DNA of 63,792 nt, the filler included, from Octopus bimaculoides (Eukaryota), in NCBI RefSeq assembly GCF_001194135.2. It is 6 parts of 5 records of this genome, joined end to end, with 100 filler letters (N's around TTAATTAATTAA, not from the genome) between each part and the next. Parts side by side here need not be neighbours in the genome. Positions count along the whole stretch, not along the records: positions 61,235 to 62,396 come from NC_068983.1; positions 62,497 to 63,792 come from NW_026385730.1; 4 more parts are not named here. One strand, written 5' to 3'. A program made the translations under genes and the position numbers. Below are positions 61,283-63,792 of the stretch, piece after piece. The first letter of the stretch is position 1, and the number at the start of each line of letters is the position of its first letter. The notes below the pieces were generated by a model that saw only the letters and a program-made list of their open reading frames with translations, was not told the DNA's origin and did no database searches.

Positions 61283-62496
61283 CACATATATATATATATG
61301 TATATACACACACATACACACGTATGTATGCTTAAACACACAGAGAGAAACTAATTAAAGTATCCCACGAGACAAAATGATATCGCTGCAGATATCATTA
61401 CATATAACGGGCAAAGTGCACAAAATTCGAAAATAACGATACAGCATGCATTTTAAAAAACGTGCAAACGATATATACAACTAAATGAAAATAAAAAACC
61501 CTTTTAGACGTGTATAAGGCGCTTCCGGCCCACACGAAAGTTTCAAGATAAATGGAACAAATTACTACCTGTAAATATAAACAAAGCGACAGTCTTATTC
61601 CATAGGTCGGTCATCAAGGAAGTCTAAAGAGTTAGGAGTTGATTTCAAATTCTCTGTTTATTTATTTAAAATATATATCCGTTATACTTAGCAGAATATC
61701 GACTTTCTAGTACGCAATAAATTTTAACTTTTATACATTAGCCGTTCAACTATTTTCAATCATAACTCATGGTAATTATTTATCAAAGAAGAAACAGTGA
61801 CAAAACAGTATGGATCACCGTGACGAATATGAAAAAAAGAAGTGCGCAATAGGATAATAACTTTTGCACTAAATAACAGAGCCATTCCCGCGTGATGGTC
61901 ATGACAGTCAGAGACAAAAGTCTTGAACATTTACAAGAATTGTATTTACTCATTTTCCAGAAAAAAGTCTTACTACCCTGGCGGTGTCTTCCATATAGTG
62001 TAGATTTGGAAGAAACGATCCTAATATCAATATCAAGTCAAAAATGAACCAATTCAACATACCTTCATAGGTATGTAGTGATTATTTTTCTGGGTATTCT
62101 AAAAAAAAATTATAAAAACCTGTTTTGATTTAACTTTCATGAGAATGGTCCAACAGCATCCTAAGAGACACAAATTAAAATATCTTCAGGAACATATCGT
62201 TGTAACTAATGCACAATATTGAAGAACTGAGTAACAGCAAACGCTTAATTACTAAAAATATGCAAGAGCATAATGAGATATGGATAGCGAGATCTTCAAA
62301 AGTATGTAAGGAGATTCCAACACATACGTATTAGATGTAATTGCCTGATACCTTTTGCGTCGCTGCTATCTAAAATTTATATATATATATATATATNNNN
62401 NNNNNNNNNNNNNNNNNNNNNNNNNNNNNNNNNNNNNNNNTTAATTAATTAANNNNNNNNNNNNNNNNNNNNNNNNNNNNNNNNNNNNNNNNNNNN

Positions 62497-62535
<39 letters not shown>

Positions 62536-62574
62536 CATACATATGCTTGTTTCATAATTCCCACTCCGCTACTC

Positions 62575-63520
62575 CTATCTGCCAATGTTCCAGTATATAC
62601 TCGCCCCAAGCTCCTGACAGGTTGCAATGCTTTCTTCAGCTATTGGAAACTTAACTTCTTTCTACACTGCACTGACAAATATAAGACTACGTGACTTTTT
62701 TAAAACTCTAAACCGCATTCTTGACCACCTCACAAGTTGTTCAAGTCTCAAGAGGGCACTCTGCATGATTTGCTTATCACTAGATAGAAGTTTCACGTCA
62801 TCCATGAAAGCTTTCTTAGGCAACTGAAATGGGCGATTTGTTCCGAAAAATCCCTGGCTTTCAAAATCATCTCCATAACTAAGATAAACCACGTGACAGA
62901 TATTGTGCAGCAAGCAACAATGCCAATATCCGTCGGTGCCAAACAGTTGTAAATTCTCCAACTGTAAACCTAATCTCGAAACTGTTATAATATATCCTCA
63001 TTATTTTGGTACTGAGCCATAAAAATTCACTACGTCAAACCATACCACGTTCAAACTTCTATTGTTCTATCTGGTATCCTAGATCGCTTTCCAATTCGAA
63101 AAACAGTGTCTAACGCATCCAGGGATCCCAGGAATTCCGACCTTTTGGACAGATTCATCAACATATCCATTACTTTGTAAATATGTCACTATTCTCTTCG
63201 AGAGAATTCCCATAAAGATCTTGCCTTCCACATTCAATATCGGTATAAACTGTTTTATAGTCTCTGCATTGGTCTCCTTCGGCAGGTATATACCTTCTGC
63301 CTTACACCAATCCTCTACTAGAGTCTCTTCGTGCCACAGCTGTCGAAGTAGGACAAAAAGCCTCTTTCGTAGACGATTGCAATATTTATATGCTTTATAC
63401 GAGACGCCGTCACCTCTTGGAGCACTCTTTGTTCTAGCTTTTCTCCCGAAGTCATTCACCTCTTTCTCCCTGATGTCCCCAATTTGAAATTCGATATCAG
63501 GTTCTAAAAGATGCTTTAGC
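62575..63520 (-). mobile_element. HERO-clade (REL-type) non-LTR RT fragment
   Basis: ILNVEGKIF, YLQSNGYVDESVQKVGIPGIPGC, VWFDVVNFYGSVP and AFMDDV match HERO-type RT motifs as recalled. Confidence 0.75.
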
Positions 63521-63589
63521 CTATTTTCTTTTCTTCTTTTTATTTTTTCTTCTGTTTATTTTTTCTTTTGTCTATTATACTCTTTACTC

Positions 63590-63792
63590 TTTACTCTTTT
63601 ACTTGTTTCAGTCATTTGACTGCGGCCATGCTGTAGCACCGCCTTTAGTCGAGCAAATCGACCCCAGGACTTATTATTTGTAAGCCTAGTACTTATTCTA
63701 TCGGTCTCTTTTGCCGAACCGCTAAGTTACGGGGACGTAAACACACCAGCATCGGTTATCAGGCGATGTTGGGGGGACAAACACAGACACAC
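63590..63792 (-). mobile_element. SINE family 2 tail
   Basis: Reverse complement of 57790-57990. Confidence 0.9.

Overview
AT-rich, gapped eukaryotic scaffold. The SINE families and microsatellite load suggest an octopus genome (inference from recalled repeat sequences, not a database result). Most of the window is nested, degenerate mobile elements: about 10 R4/Dong-like restriction-endonuclease LINE fragments, Tx1-like LINEs, RTE, HERO, CR1-like and Penelope fragments, two Gypsy LTR elements (CsRn1-like and Mag-like), a Chapaev3-like DNA transposon holding a hAT MITE and an inverted Penelope-type repeat, a Merlin-like MITE, a Helitron fragment and three tRNA-derived SINE families. No intact named host gene, rRNA, tRNA gene or CRISPR array can be supported. 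Two hand-built gene candidates lie at 42.9-43.2 kb (+) and 44.8-46.5 kb (-). Main signals: (1) the (TAA)n/(ATT)n microsatellite appears to be a shared landing pad, used in one polarity by R4/Dong LINEs and in the opposite polarity by Tx1-like LINEs and a SINE; (2) minimal hammerhead-ribozyme motifs in three unrelated small repeat families, one at the inner edge of a 242-bp fold-back; (3) a possible compact, unidentified 6-exon gene. All alignments were done by eye, so element boundaries are approximate unless a TSD or TIR fixes them. TTAATTAATTAA inside N runs is an assembly spacer.
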